The notes under the pieces were generated by a model. It worked only from the letters and a program-made list of their open reading frames with translations. It ran no database searches and was not told the origin of the DNA. Below, one piece after another: positions 45,967 through 54,587 of a stretch of DNA of 64,000 nt. Every line of letters begins with the position of its first letter. The stretch's first letter is position 1. Position numbers and translations under genes: made by a program. This DNA is from an uncultured Gemmatimonadaceae bacterium (GTDB lineage: Bacteria; Gemmatimonadota; Gemmatimonadetes; Gemmatimonadales; Gemmatimonadaceae), in contig CAWAGQ010000003.1 in assembly GCA_963781585.1 (NCBI GenBank), positions 318,036-382,035 on the forward strand, read 5' to 3'.

Positions 45967-48465
45967 TCAAAGGACGATATTGAGCAGGCGCCCTGGTACG
46001 AAGATCACCTTGCGGGGCGACCCCGAAACGAACTTCGCCACCTGGGAGTCGGCCAGCGCGGCCGCCAGTGCAGCGTCCTGACCGGTTTCCCTGGGCACCG
46101 TAATGGTGCCGCGGAGCTTGCCGTTCACCTGCACGGCGAGCCGGATGGATTCCTCGCGGGCGATGGCTTCGTCGTACACGGGCCAGCCGCCTTCGAAGAC
46201 CGTTGAAAGGTGCCCGAGTCGTTCCCAGAGTTCCTCGGCCAGGTGGGGGGCAAACGGGGCGGCGAGCTGAACCAGCGGCGTCACCTCATCGCGGTGCGGC
46301 GCGCGGTCGTCGCGCCGCAGTGTGTTCATGTACTCCATCATTGCCGCGATCGCCGTGTTGTAGCTCAGGCGGCCGATATCGTCGCCGACCTTTCTGATGG
46401 TCTGGTGCAACTTCCGCATCACCGCGGGATCGGGGGTGCCGGCGCTGCCGGCTTCGGTGCACGCCTTCCAGAGGCGATCGAGGAAGCGCCGCACCCCCGA
46501 GATGCTCTGATCCTGGAAGTCGCCGCCTTCCTCGAACGGTCCGAGGTACATGAGGTACGTGCGGAACGCGTCCGCGCCCCACTGCTCGATGTACTCGTCA
46601 GGCACGACGACGTTGCCGCGGCTCTTCGACATCTTGGCACCATCGCGCACGATCGTGCCGTGGGCGCGAAACCGCACGAACGGCTCCTCGAACGCGAGGT
46701 GTCCCATGTCGTGGAGAGCCATCGTCACGAAACGCGCGTACATGAGGTGCAGCACGGCGTGCTCCTGGCCGCCGATGTATGACGTGACCGGGAGCCAGCG
46801 GCTGGTCACCGCCCTGTCGAATGGCACGTCGTCGCGGGTGGCGCTGGGATACCGCAGGAAGTACCAGGCGCTGTCGAGAAACGTGTCGGAGACGTCGGTT
46901 TCGCGACGCCCGTCGGCGCCGCAGCGTGGGCAGCGCGCCCGGTACCAGTTCTCGTGCCGGGCGAGCGGTGAGACGCCGCTGTCGTCCGGGCGGAAGTCCG
47001 CAATGTCCGGCAGCACGACCGGCAGGTCCTCTTCGGGCACCGGCTGCGGTCCACAGACGTCGCAGTAGATGACGGGGATCGGCGGCCCCCAGTAGCGCTG
47101 CCGGGATACACACCAGTCGTGCAGGCGGAAGTTGACCACGGGCCTGGCCAGACCCCGCTCGGCCAGCCAGGCGGTGATCGCGCGCTTGCCGTCGACGATC
47201 CCGAGGCCGTCGAAGCGCTCCGAGTTGACCAGGTGCCCATCAGCATCGTCGACGAACGCTTCGCGAACCGGCGTGGACGCGTCATCTCCTGTCCCAGCCA
47301 CCACGCGCACCACCGGCAGACCGAAAACGGTGGCGAATTCGAAGTCCCGCTCATCGTGCGCCGGCACCGCCATGATTGCGCCGGTGCCGTATTCCATCAG
47401 TACGTAGTCGGCGATCCAGATCGGTATCTCGGCGCCGGTGGCGGGATTGACCGCGTAGGAGCCGACAAACACGCCGGTCTTTTCGCGGTTCACCTTGCGC
47501 GTGACGATGTCCTGCCGTGCCGCGGCGTCACGATATGCGCGCACGGTCTCGCGGCGGTCGGCTGTTGTCAGCTCGTCGACCAGCGGATGCTCGGGAGCGA
47601 GCACCATGTACGACGCGCCGAAGATGGTGTCGGGACGCGTGGTAAAGACGCGGAGGCCGAAGGTGAGCGGCACGAGTCCCGAACCGGCCTCGTCATCCAC
47701 CACCCCGTCCTGCACGACTCGCTCGCCGGCAATGGGGAACGTGATCTCGGCGCCTTCGCTCTTGCCGATCCAGTTGCGCTGGGCGGTCTTGGTGGACTCC
47801 GACCAGTCGATCCAGTCGAGGTTCCGGAGCAGCCGGTCGGCGTACTCACTGATGCGGAAGAACCATTGCTCGAGAAAGCGCTGCTCGACCTTGGTGCCAC
47901 ACCGTTCGCAGGCTCCGGCGATCACCTGCTCGTTCGCGAGGACGGTCTTGCACGATGGACACCAGTTGACCGCCGCCTTCTTGCGGTACGCGAGTCCGCG
48001 CTTGAGGAACTGGACGAAGATCCACTGCGTCCACTTGTAGTAGGCCGGGTGGGTGGTGTCGACGGCGTAGCGCCAGTCGATCATCAGCCCCGCGCGTTGC
48101 AACTGTCGCGTGAAGTTCGCGATGTTGCGCGGGATGAGGCGCATGGGATGGACGCCCATTCGGAGCGCATAATTCTCCGAGTGAATCCCGAAGGCATCGA
48201 ATCCCATCGGCTCGAAAACGGTGTGCCCCCGGAGGCGCTGGAATCGTCCATAAATGTCGCTTCCCGTGAACGCGAAGAGGTTACCAACGTGCAGTCCCTC
48301 CGCGGACGGGTAGGGGAACATCATCAAGGCGTAAAAGGGGTTAGGCCCGTTCTCCAGGTTTGTGTGGTTGGTCGCGCGCTCACGCCAGCGGGCTTGCCAC
48401 TTCCCTTCGATGGCGGACGGATCGTAGACGCCGGGCGCGGAGACGCTCGTCTGCGGGGTTGACAT
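45967..48465 (-). CDS. leuS: Leucine--tRNA ligase
   Basis: MFPYPSAEGLHVGN (HIGH), editing domain FTTRPDT/GTGAIMAVPAHD, WCVSRQRYWG, KMSKSRGN, VQVNGKLRG. Confidence 0.98.
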   Translation of the reverse strand: MSTPQTSVSAPGVYDPSAIEGKWQARWRERATNHTNLENGPNPFYALMMFPYPSAEGLHVGNLFAFTGSDIYGRFQRLRGHTVFEPMGFDAFGIHSENYALRMGVHPMRLIPRNIANFTRQLQRAGLMIDWRYAVDTTHPAYYKWTQWIFVQFLKRGLAYRKKAAVNWCPSCKTVLANEQVIAGACERCGTKVEQRFLEQWFFRISEYADRLLRNLDWIDWSESTKTAQRNWIGKSEGAEITFPIAGERVVQDGVVDDEAGSGLVPLTFGLRVFTTRPDTIFGASYMVLAPEHPLVDELTTADRRETVRAYRDAAARQDIVTRKVNREKTGVFVGSYAVNPATGAEIPIWIADYVLMEYGTGAIMAVPAHDERDFEFATVFGLPVVRVVAGTGDDASTPVREAFVDDADGHLVNSERFDGLGIVDGKRAITAWLAERGLARPVVNFRLHDWCVSRQRYWGPPIPVIYCDVCGPQPVPEEDLPVVLPDIADFRPDDSGVSPLARHENWYRARCPRCGADGRRETDVSDTFLDSAWYFLRYPSATRDDVPFDRAVTSRWLPVTSYIGGQEHAVLHLMYARFVTMALHDMGHLAFEEPFVRFRAHGTIVRDGAKMSKSRGNVVVPDEYIEQWGADAFRTYLMYLGPFEEGGDFQDQSISGVRRFLDRLWKACTEAGSAGTPDPAVMRKLHQTIRKVGDDIGRLSYNTAIAAMMEYMNTLRRDDRAPHRDEVTPLVQLAAPFAPHLAEELWERLGHLSTVFEGGWPVYDEAIAREESIRLAVQVNGKLRGTITVPRETGQDAALAAALADSQVAKFVSGSPRKVIFVPGRLLNIVL

Positions 48466-48528
48466 CGTGGTCGTTGGTTCGGCCGGTTGAGCCAGATGGG
48501 GAGCCCGGCCATTCGCGGAGGAGTCCTC

Positions 48529-49926
48529 GTGAGGCAATCTAGCGGTACGGAGGAAGCTGACAAGCGAGCGGTCGTCGCATCGCGCGTCGGCATCGAGACC
48601 GTGGCAATCCGGATGGGTGGCGCCGGTGCCGTGCTCCTCGCCGTGCTGCTCTGGTTCGCGCGTTCGGTCATCGCCGAAGCCACGACGGTGGACATCCTGG
48701 TCGTCGGGGGGCTGGCGATCGCCGTTTCCGCCGTCCTCACCGCGGTGGTCACCGCCAATGTCATCCTGCCGGCACTGGCGGACCAATCGGCTGACGTGAC
48801 CGAGATGCTCCACGCGCTGTCGCAGGGGAATCTGACCGTGGAACCCGAACCGTCGGCGGCATCCCGGGCGGCGGGCACCGTATCGGCAGCCCAGAGCGCG
48901 CTGGCCACGCTGCGTGCGTCCATCGCCGAGGTGCGCACGGCCACGCGCGAAGTCGGCGCGCGGGCGCAGGATCTGACCTTGCAGAGTGGCGCCGCGGTGA
49001 GCGTGGCGCAGCGCACGACCGAGGGATCAAGTTCGGTTGCGCATCGCAGCACCGGGCTTGCGGACATGGCGCGCGCCGCGCACGAGGACGTGCACCGGGT
49101 CTCGAGCGGGGCGTCACGCATCGCCACCGAGGCGCACGACCAGCGCTCACGCAGCGCCCGGCTTCGAGAGCTGTCGCGCGAGAGCCTGAACCGCATGGAG
49201 ACGGGGAAGGCAGCGCTGGACGGTCTCGCCTCCGAGGTGAGCGCGAACGCGGAGGAGCTCGCGATGCTCGCCGGCGCGTCAGAGGAGATCCGTTCGTTCG
49301 TAGTGCTCGTTCGCAAGATGGCACGCCAGTCGAAGCTCCTCGCGCTGAACGCGGCGATGGAAGCGGCGCGGGCCGGTGAGCAGGGGAGCGGCTTCGCCGT
49401 GGTGGCGAGCGAGGTGCGCCGCCTGGCCAAGAGCTCGAGCGAAGCGGCCGATCGCACCGATCAGTTGGTGACGGACGTTCTGGAGCGCGTGGAGCGCGTG
49501 CGCACCGCGAGCGCGCGCGCTGTCGACTCCGTGGGTCTCGCACGCAACGCCACCGCCGAGACGCTGGGGACTCTCCAGGGGCTGGAGCGCGAGGCGGGCG
49601 AGGCGTTCACGCAGGCGGCCGCGGAAGAGGACGAAGTGGGCGGCATGACCGCGGCCAGTGATGCACTCGCGCTCCGCCTGGAACAGCTGTTGCACGAAGC
49701 CGAGGGACTTTCCCAGTCGCTCCAGGAGGCATCTACCGTGGCCGGCGCGCAGCAGGGGCGGCTGCAGGAGATCTCGGTGGCGGCGAGCGCGCTCGCGCGG
49801 GCCTCGGCCCGCGCGCTGGCGGTGGCCAATGGGTTCAGGCTCGAGCGTGAGAGTCCGGTGCCAGACGCGCCGCAGGCCGGTCCCGTCGTCGCTGTTCTCG
49901 CCGAGGCGGCGAAGAGCCCCGTCTAG
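48529..49926 (+). CDS. Methyl-accepting chemotaxis protein
   Basis: Signalling hairpin QSKLLALNAAMEAARAGEQGSGFAVVASEVRRLA; two N-terminal TMs; GGAGGAG RBS before the GTG. Confidence 0.92.
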   Translation: MRQSSGTEEADKRAVVASRVGIETVAIRMGGAGAVLLAVLLWFARSVIAEATTVDILVVGGLAIAVSAVLTAVVTANVILPALADQSADVTEMLHALSQGNLTVEPEPSAASRAAGTVSAAQSALATLRASIAEVRTATREVGARAQDLTLQSGAAVSVAQRTTEGSSSVAHRSTGLADMARAAHEDVHRVSSGASRIATEAHDQRSRSARLRELSRESLNRMETGKAALDGLASEVSANAEELAMLAGASEEIRSFVVLVRKMARQSKLLALNAAMEAARAGEQGSGFAVVASEVRRLAKSSSEAADRTDQLVTDVLERVERVRTASARAVDSVGLARNATAETLGTLQGLEREAGEAFTQAAAEEDEVGGMTAASDALALRLEQLLHEAEGLSQSLQEASTVAGAQQGRLQEISVAASALARASARALAVANGFRLERESPVPDAPQAGPVVAVLAEAAKSPV

Positions 49927-49992
49927 CGACGCGTTCGCGCGAGCGCGCTCGCCGCGGCGGACCAGTTCAGATCAATTGCCGGGAATCGAGAT

Positions 49993-51147
49993 CTACCGGG
50001 TCGGCGGGCGCGGTGGTGGTGGCCCCTTGACCAAGTACGCTGAATCCACCAGCCGAGGCCCCTGCGCGTCGCAGACGGCGTAGCGCGATCCCGAGAAATA
50101 ACTGGCGGCGGCGAACTCCCCCTTCTTGTTCAGCGCGTAGAAATCGAGACCGAAGTACGGGTGGCCTTCGGGCGAGAGCAGCCGCTTCTCGGTCGACTCG
50201 ATGACGCGTTTGATGACCGCGAGCACGGCTTCCTGCGGCGACTTGCCCTGGCGCATGAATTCCACCGTCAGGAACGCGCCGCACACCTTGATGTTCGACT
50301 CGCCTCTCCCGGTGGACCCGGCGGCACCCACCTCGTTGTCGCAGTACTGGCCGGCCCCGATGATGGGCGAATCGCCCACGCGTCCGGGAATCTTCCACGA
50401 GATGCCACTGGTGGTCGTGACCGAGCTGATGTCACCGTTCGCGGCCACGGCGTTCATGTTGATGGTGCCGTGCGTCCAGGCGATTCTCTCGTCCGGGCCA
50501 GACGCGTCCCCGCGCGCGCCGGCCTCGTCCCCGCTGGCGTGCGCCGCCTTCCATCGCAGCCAGCGTTGGCGTGCCTGATCATCGATCCACGCATCGCCGG
50601 CAGTCGCGCGGCTGGCCTTCCATTGTTCCCAGCGCCGGCGTGAGGCATCGGTGAGGAGGTTCTGCTCCGTGAAGCCCATGGCCAGCGCGAAGCGCTTCGC
50701 GTCGTCCCCGACCAGGAGGATTTCGTCGGTGTAGTCCATGACGGCCTTGGCGACCAGCGACGGCGTGGCGAAACCCTCCAGGGCGCCCACCGCCCCGGCG
50801 CGCTTGGTCGGTCCGTGCATGCAGGACGCATCGAGCTGTACCACGCCCTCTTCGTTAGGCAGGCCGCCGAGCCCCACCGACTGGTCGGTCGGATCCAGTT
50901 CCTGGATGTTCACGCCGGCGATGATCGCGTCGAGCGTGTCCTTCCCCTGGATCAGCATGTCGTAGGCGACCTTCACGCCGCGCAGGCCATTGGCGGACGC
51001 GATCACCACCGGGAGCGCCGGCGATCGGACCGCCGCGTCGAGAGGTCCGGGAGCGGAGAGCATTTCCGCGCTGGAGGGCCGGCTGAGCGCAAGACCGGCC
51101 GCCGCGGTGGCGCCGGTGGCAATGAAGTCGCGACGAGTGATGGGCAT
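49993..51147 (-). CDS. N(4)-(beta-N-acetylglucosaminyl)-L-asparaginase family Ntn hydrolase, Tat-exported
   Basis: TRRDFI Tat motif, SVGLGGLPN..QLDASCM, HGTI cleavage site, TTTSG..KIPGRVGDSPIIGAG, STGRGE. Confidence 0.93.
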   Translation of the reverse strand: MPITRRDFIATGATAAAGLALSRPSSAEMLSAPGPLDAAVRSPALPVVIASANGLRGVKVAYDMLIQGKDTLDAIIAGVNIQELDPTDQSVGLGGLPNEEGVVQLDASCMHGPTKRAGAVGALEGFATPSLVAKAVMDYTDEILLVGDDAKRFALAMGFTEQNLLTDASRRRWEQWKASRATAGDAWIDDQARQRWLRWKAAHASGDEAGARGDASGPDERIAWTHGTINMNAVAANGDISSVTTTSGISWKIPGRVGDSPIIGAGQYCDNEVGAAGSTGRGESNIKVCGAFLTVEFMRQGKSPQEAVLAVIKRVIESTEKRLLSPEGHPYFGLDFYALNKKGEFAAASYFSGSRYAVCDAQGPRLVDSAYLVKGPPPPRPPTR

Positions 51148-51441
51148 GGCCGAGGTCTGAGTCCAGAGGTCGGAAAGGGTACGCCTGGCAATTCGTGATG
51201 CCTTCCTCTCCGACCTATTGTATCGACCGACCGCGGGGGTGCCAGAGCGCGTGTGTGCCCTCCTCCTGGCGCTCACGTCCAGATGGCTTCTCCCGGCGTG
51301 GCCGTCAATTGGCAGGAACAGGCACGGCTTCGGTCCGTGCGCGGGTGTCCCTGGATGCGGTCGTGGCGCGGGAGTGATAAGATTGGCGCTCGCCCGCCGG
51401 AGGGGCCGCCTGGACCTCCTGGACTTTCTGTTGCGCCGGCC

Positions 51442-51957
51442 ATGCCCGTTTCCGTCGACAGCTCACGCGTCGTGTACAGCGCCCTCAGGGAATGCGGTGT
51501 GCGTCTCATCTCCGCGCTGCCGGAGACGTGGCTGGTGCATCTCGTCCGGATGGCCGAGGAGGACCCCGAGATGACTCTGGTGCGGCTCGCCAAGGAGGAG
51601 GAGGGTGTTGGCATCTCGGCTGGGGCGTATCTGGCCGGGAACCGCTCGGCGATGCTGATGCAGAATCACGGGTTTCTCGCGTCGATCAACGGCATTGTCT
51701 CCTGCGCCCAGCTCTATCGCATTCCGCTCCTGATGATCGTCAGCCAGCGTGGCGACTTCGGTGAGCGCGACCCCTGGCAGACGGAGGGCGGGCTGGTGAC
51801 GGTCGCGCTGCTGCAGGCGCTTCGCATTCCGTTTCAGCATCTGGAGACGCGCGATCAGGTGGCACCCCGGGTCCGCAAGGCGCAGACCCTCGCGTATTCG
51901 GCGAACCGGCCGGTGGCGCTTCTGCTGGAGCGCGACCTGATGTGGGAAGACGCGTGA
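51442..51957 (+). CDS. comD: Sulfopyruvate decarboxylase alpha subunit-like (TPP Pyr domain)
   Basis: SALPETWL, KEEEGVGISAGAYLAG, MLMQNHG, RGDFGERDPWQ. Confidence 0.85.
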   Translation: MPVSVDSSRVVYSALRECGVRLISALPETWLVHLVRMAEEDPEMTLVRLAKEEEGVGISAGAYLAGNRSAMLMQNHGFLASINGIVSCAQLYRIPLLMIVSQRGDFGERDPWQTEGGLVTVALLQALRIPFQHLETRDQVAPRVRKAQTLAYSANRPVALLLERDLMWEDA

Positions 51958-51991
51958 CGGCGGCCGCGACCCGAGGTGCGGGGAGGGGGGC

Positions 51992-52558
51992 GTGAAGCGC
52001 CTGGACGCGCTGGCGGCGGTGTACGACCGGTTCGACCGCTGCATCGTGGTGACGATCATGGGCGCGGTGGCCGCCGAACTGCAGTCGTTAGGTCACAAGC
52101 CCAACTTCTTCTATCTGCAGCACGCGATGGGGCTGGCGTCGTCGCTGGGGCTGGGCATCGCGCTCTCGCGCCGGTCGTCGCAGGTGGTGGTGCTCGACGG
52201 CGACGGATCGGTCCTGATGAATCTGGGCGGTCTCACCACGCTGGCGCGCTATCGGCCCCGCAATCTGGTGCAGGTGGTGTTCGACAACGAGAGCCTGCTG
52301 TCGGTCGGCGGGTTCCCGACCGCGACGTCGACCGGGAGCAGCATCGCAGCGGTCGCCGCCGGAGCGGGCGTGCCGCGCACCACGACCGTGAAGACGATCG
52401 ACGACTTCGTGCGGGAGTTCGACGACGCGCTGGCGGCCCACGATCTGACGACGCTGGTGGCGAAGGTGGAGGCGGTGGGTCCCGCGGCATTCGTCACCGA
52501 TCTGGCGTTGCTGGAGAATCGGTTCCAGTTCGCGCGGTACCTGAAGGACACGCCCTGA
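51992..52558 (+). CDS. comE: Sulfopyruvate decarboxylase beta subunit-like (TPP PP domain)
   Basis: AMGLASSLGLGIAL, DGDGSVLMNLG...FDNE..SVGG.PT TPP-binding motif. Confidence 0.85.
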   Translation: MKRLDALAAVYDRFDRCIVVTIMGAVAAELQSLGHKPNFFYLQHAMGLASSLGLGIALSRRSSQVVVLDGDGSVLMNLGGLTTLARYRPRNLVQVVFDNESLLSVGGFPTATSTGSSIAAVAAGAGVPRTTTVKTIDDFVREFDDALAAHDLTTLVAKVEAVGPAAFVTDLALLENRFQFARYLKDTP

Positions 52559-52580
52559 CTCCGTTCCCGCTGGAGGCCCT

Positions 52581-53360
52581 GTGCCCGGACTTCTGAGCCA
52601 GCTCGCCGACGCCCTCGCCAGCGGCACGGTCGAGGTCATCGACCTCACCCAGCCACTCGGCCCCGACACGCCGGTGATCGGCCTTCCGCCGATCTTCGCG
52701 CCATCGCCGGGAGTGACGATGCAGGTCATCTCGCGCTACGACGACAAGGGTCCGGCGTGGTACTGGAACACGCTCACGTTCGGCGAGCACACCGGCACCC
52801 ATTTCGACGCGCCGGTTCACTGGGTGACGGGAAAGGATCTGCGCGACAATTCCTGTGACACGATCCCGGCCGGCCGATTCGTGGGGCCGGGGTGCGTGGT
52901 GGATGTGTCACGGGAGTGCGCGGCGAACCCGGATTTTCTGCTGATGCCCCAGCATATCGAGTCGTGGGAGCGCGCCCATGGGCGGATTCCCAAGGGAGCA
53001 TGGGTCCTGCTCCGCACCGACTGGAGCAGGCGAACCGGCCCCGCTTTCATTAATGCGGACACGAACGGACCGCACACCCCCGGGTTTCACCGCTCGGCGT
53101 CGGAGTTGCTGGCGCGCGACCGTGACATTCTCGGAGTCGGGGTGGAGACGATCGGCACCGACGCGGGACAAGCCGGCACGTTCGATCCCCCCTTCCCCAA
53201 TCACGCGACGATGCACGGCCACGGCCGGTTCGGGCTGGCGAGTCTCTGCAACCTGGACCGGTTGCCGCCGACCGGGAGCCTGGTGGTGGCCGCACCCCTC
53301 AAGATCGTCGACGGCAGCGGCAGCCCGTTGCGGGTGCTCGCGATGATCGAGAGGCGTTAG
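52581..53360 (+). CDS. Cyclase family amidohydrolase (isatin hydrolase / kynurenine formamidase-like)
   Basis: GEHTGTHFDAPVHW, LRTDWS, GVETIGTDAG, PLKIVDGSGSPLR. Confidence 0.92.
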   Translation: MPGLLSQLADALASGTVEVIDLTQPLGPDTPVIGLPPIFAPSPGVTMQVISRYDDKGPAWYWNTLTFGEHTGTHFDAPVHWVTGKDLRDNSCDTIPAGRFVGPGCVVDVSRECAANPDFLLMPQHIESWERAHGRIPKGAWVLLRTDWSRRTGPAFINADTNGPHTPGFHRSASELLARDRDILGVGVETIGTDAGQAGTFDPPFPNHATMHGHGRFGLASLCNLDRLPPTGSLVVAAPLKIVDGSGSPLRVLAMIERR

Positions 53361-54523
53361 GCGGACAGCGCGCCCGGGGCGAGCGCGACCAGGCGGTCGG
53401 CGAGGGCGGTGAGCTGCGCCACGTTGGCGCACGGCAGCAGGGCGTCGACGAAGGGCAGCGCGGCGCGCAGTCCCCCGGCGGTCGGCGTAAAGCCCGGCCT
53501 GCTGGCCAGGGGATCGAGCCAGAGGAGCCGATGACACGACCGGCGCAACACAGCCATCTCGCGCGCGAGGTGTGCGACGTCGTCCCGCTCCCAGCCGTCG
53601 GACATCACCAGCACGACGGCGCCCCCGCGCACGGCCCGGCGGACCCAGCGCCGATTGAGCTCGCGCAGGCTGGCGCCGATGCGCGTTCCGCCGCTCCAGT
53701 CCACGACGCGGGCGGCCACGCGGCGGAGGGCCTCGTCGGGGTCACGCTGACGCAGCTCGCGGGTGATGCGCGTGAGGCGGGTGCCGAAGACGAACACCTC
53801 GACCGGAGCGCCCACGCGCGTGCAGGCGTGAGCGAAACGCAGCAGGAAGCGGCTGTAGCGCTCCATGGAGCCGCTGACGTCCAGTATCAGGACCAGTGGG
53901 CGAGGGCGCGTAGCGCGGCGGAGCCAACGCCACCAGACGACCTCGCCGCCGCGGCCTAACGAAGACCGCAGCATCGCGCGGGCAGCCAGGCGCCGGCCAC
54001 GCCGCCTGGGCCGGTGGCGGCGCGACGGCCGCCGCGGGAGCCGCGGCCGGAGCGCCGCCACCATGGCATTGGCGTCGCGCGCCTCGTCGGCGGTCAGCTC
54101 GGCGAAGTCCGCCACATGCAGTCGCTCGCGGCTGCTGGCCGATGCCGGCTGCCCGGTGTCGACCACCTCGATCGCCTCTTGCTCGGAGGCCGGGCTCCCC
54201 AGGGCGCGCGCGTCGCGGCGCTCGGTCTGACGCAGCCGGGGCAGCGCCGACACCGTCCCCCCCAGCGCCGTACCTCGCCTGAAGAACAGATCGAACGCGG
54301 CGTCGAACAGCGCACGCTCCTCGCGCCGCCTGACGAATACGGACCGGCCCGCAGCCCGGACATCGCTCCGCCGGTCGAATCCCACCAGCGCCAGAACGCG
54401 TGCGAAGAGGCGAGCCTGATCGGGTCCGGCCGTCAGGCCGACCCGGCGCAGCAGCCGGGCGAACAGCACCACGTTGAACGTGAGTGCGTCAGCGTGGACC
54501 GGTGTTCGTTGCATCGTCGTCAT
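53357..54523 (-). CDS. coxE: CoxE-like VWA domain protein
   Basis: FARLLRRVGL..G, LDVSGSMERY (MIDAS), FVFGTRLTRIT, WSGGTRIG, SDGWER, LLWLDPL. Confidence 0.92.
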   Translation of the reverse strand: MTTMQRTPVHADALTFNVVLFARLLRRVGLTAGPDQARLFARVLALVGFDRRSDVRAAGRSVFVRRREERALFDAAFDLFFRRGTALGGTVSALPRLRQTERRDARALGSPASEQEAIEVVDTGQPASASSRERLHVADFAELTADEARDANAMVAALRPRLPRRPSRRHRPRRRGRRLAARAMLRSSLGRGGEVVWWRWLRRATRPRPLVLILDVSGSMERYSRFLLRFAHACTRVGAPVEVFVFGTRLTRITRELRQRDPDEALRRVAARVVDWSGGTRIGASLRELNRRWVRRAVRGGAVVLVMSDGWERDDVAHLAREMAVLRRSCHRLLWLDPLASRPGFTPTAGGLRAALPFVDALLPCANVAQLTALADRLVALAPGALSA

Positions 54524-54587
54524 TCGCAAGCGCTGGCTGCAAGCAAGCTGTGCGGGTAGTTTAACTGGTTCCCCCCCGACCTGACAC

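Noticed and set aside
51442..52558. Coenzyme M or phosphonate biosynthesis cluster
   Set aside because: No comA/B/C, cysteate synthase or PEP mutase gene in the window.
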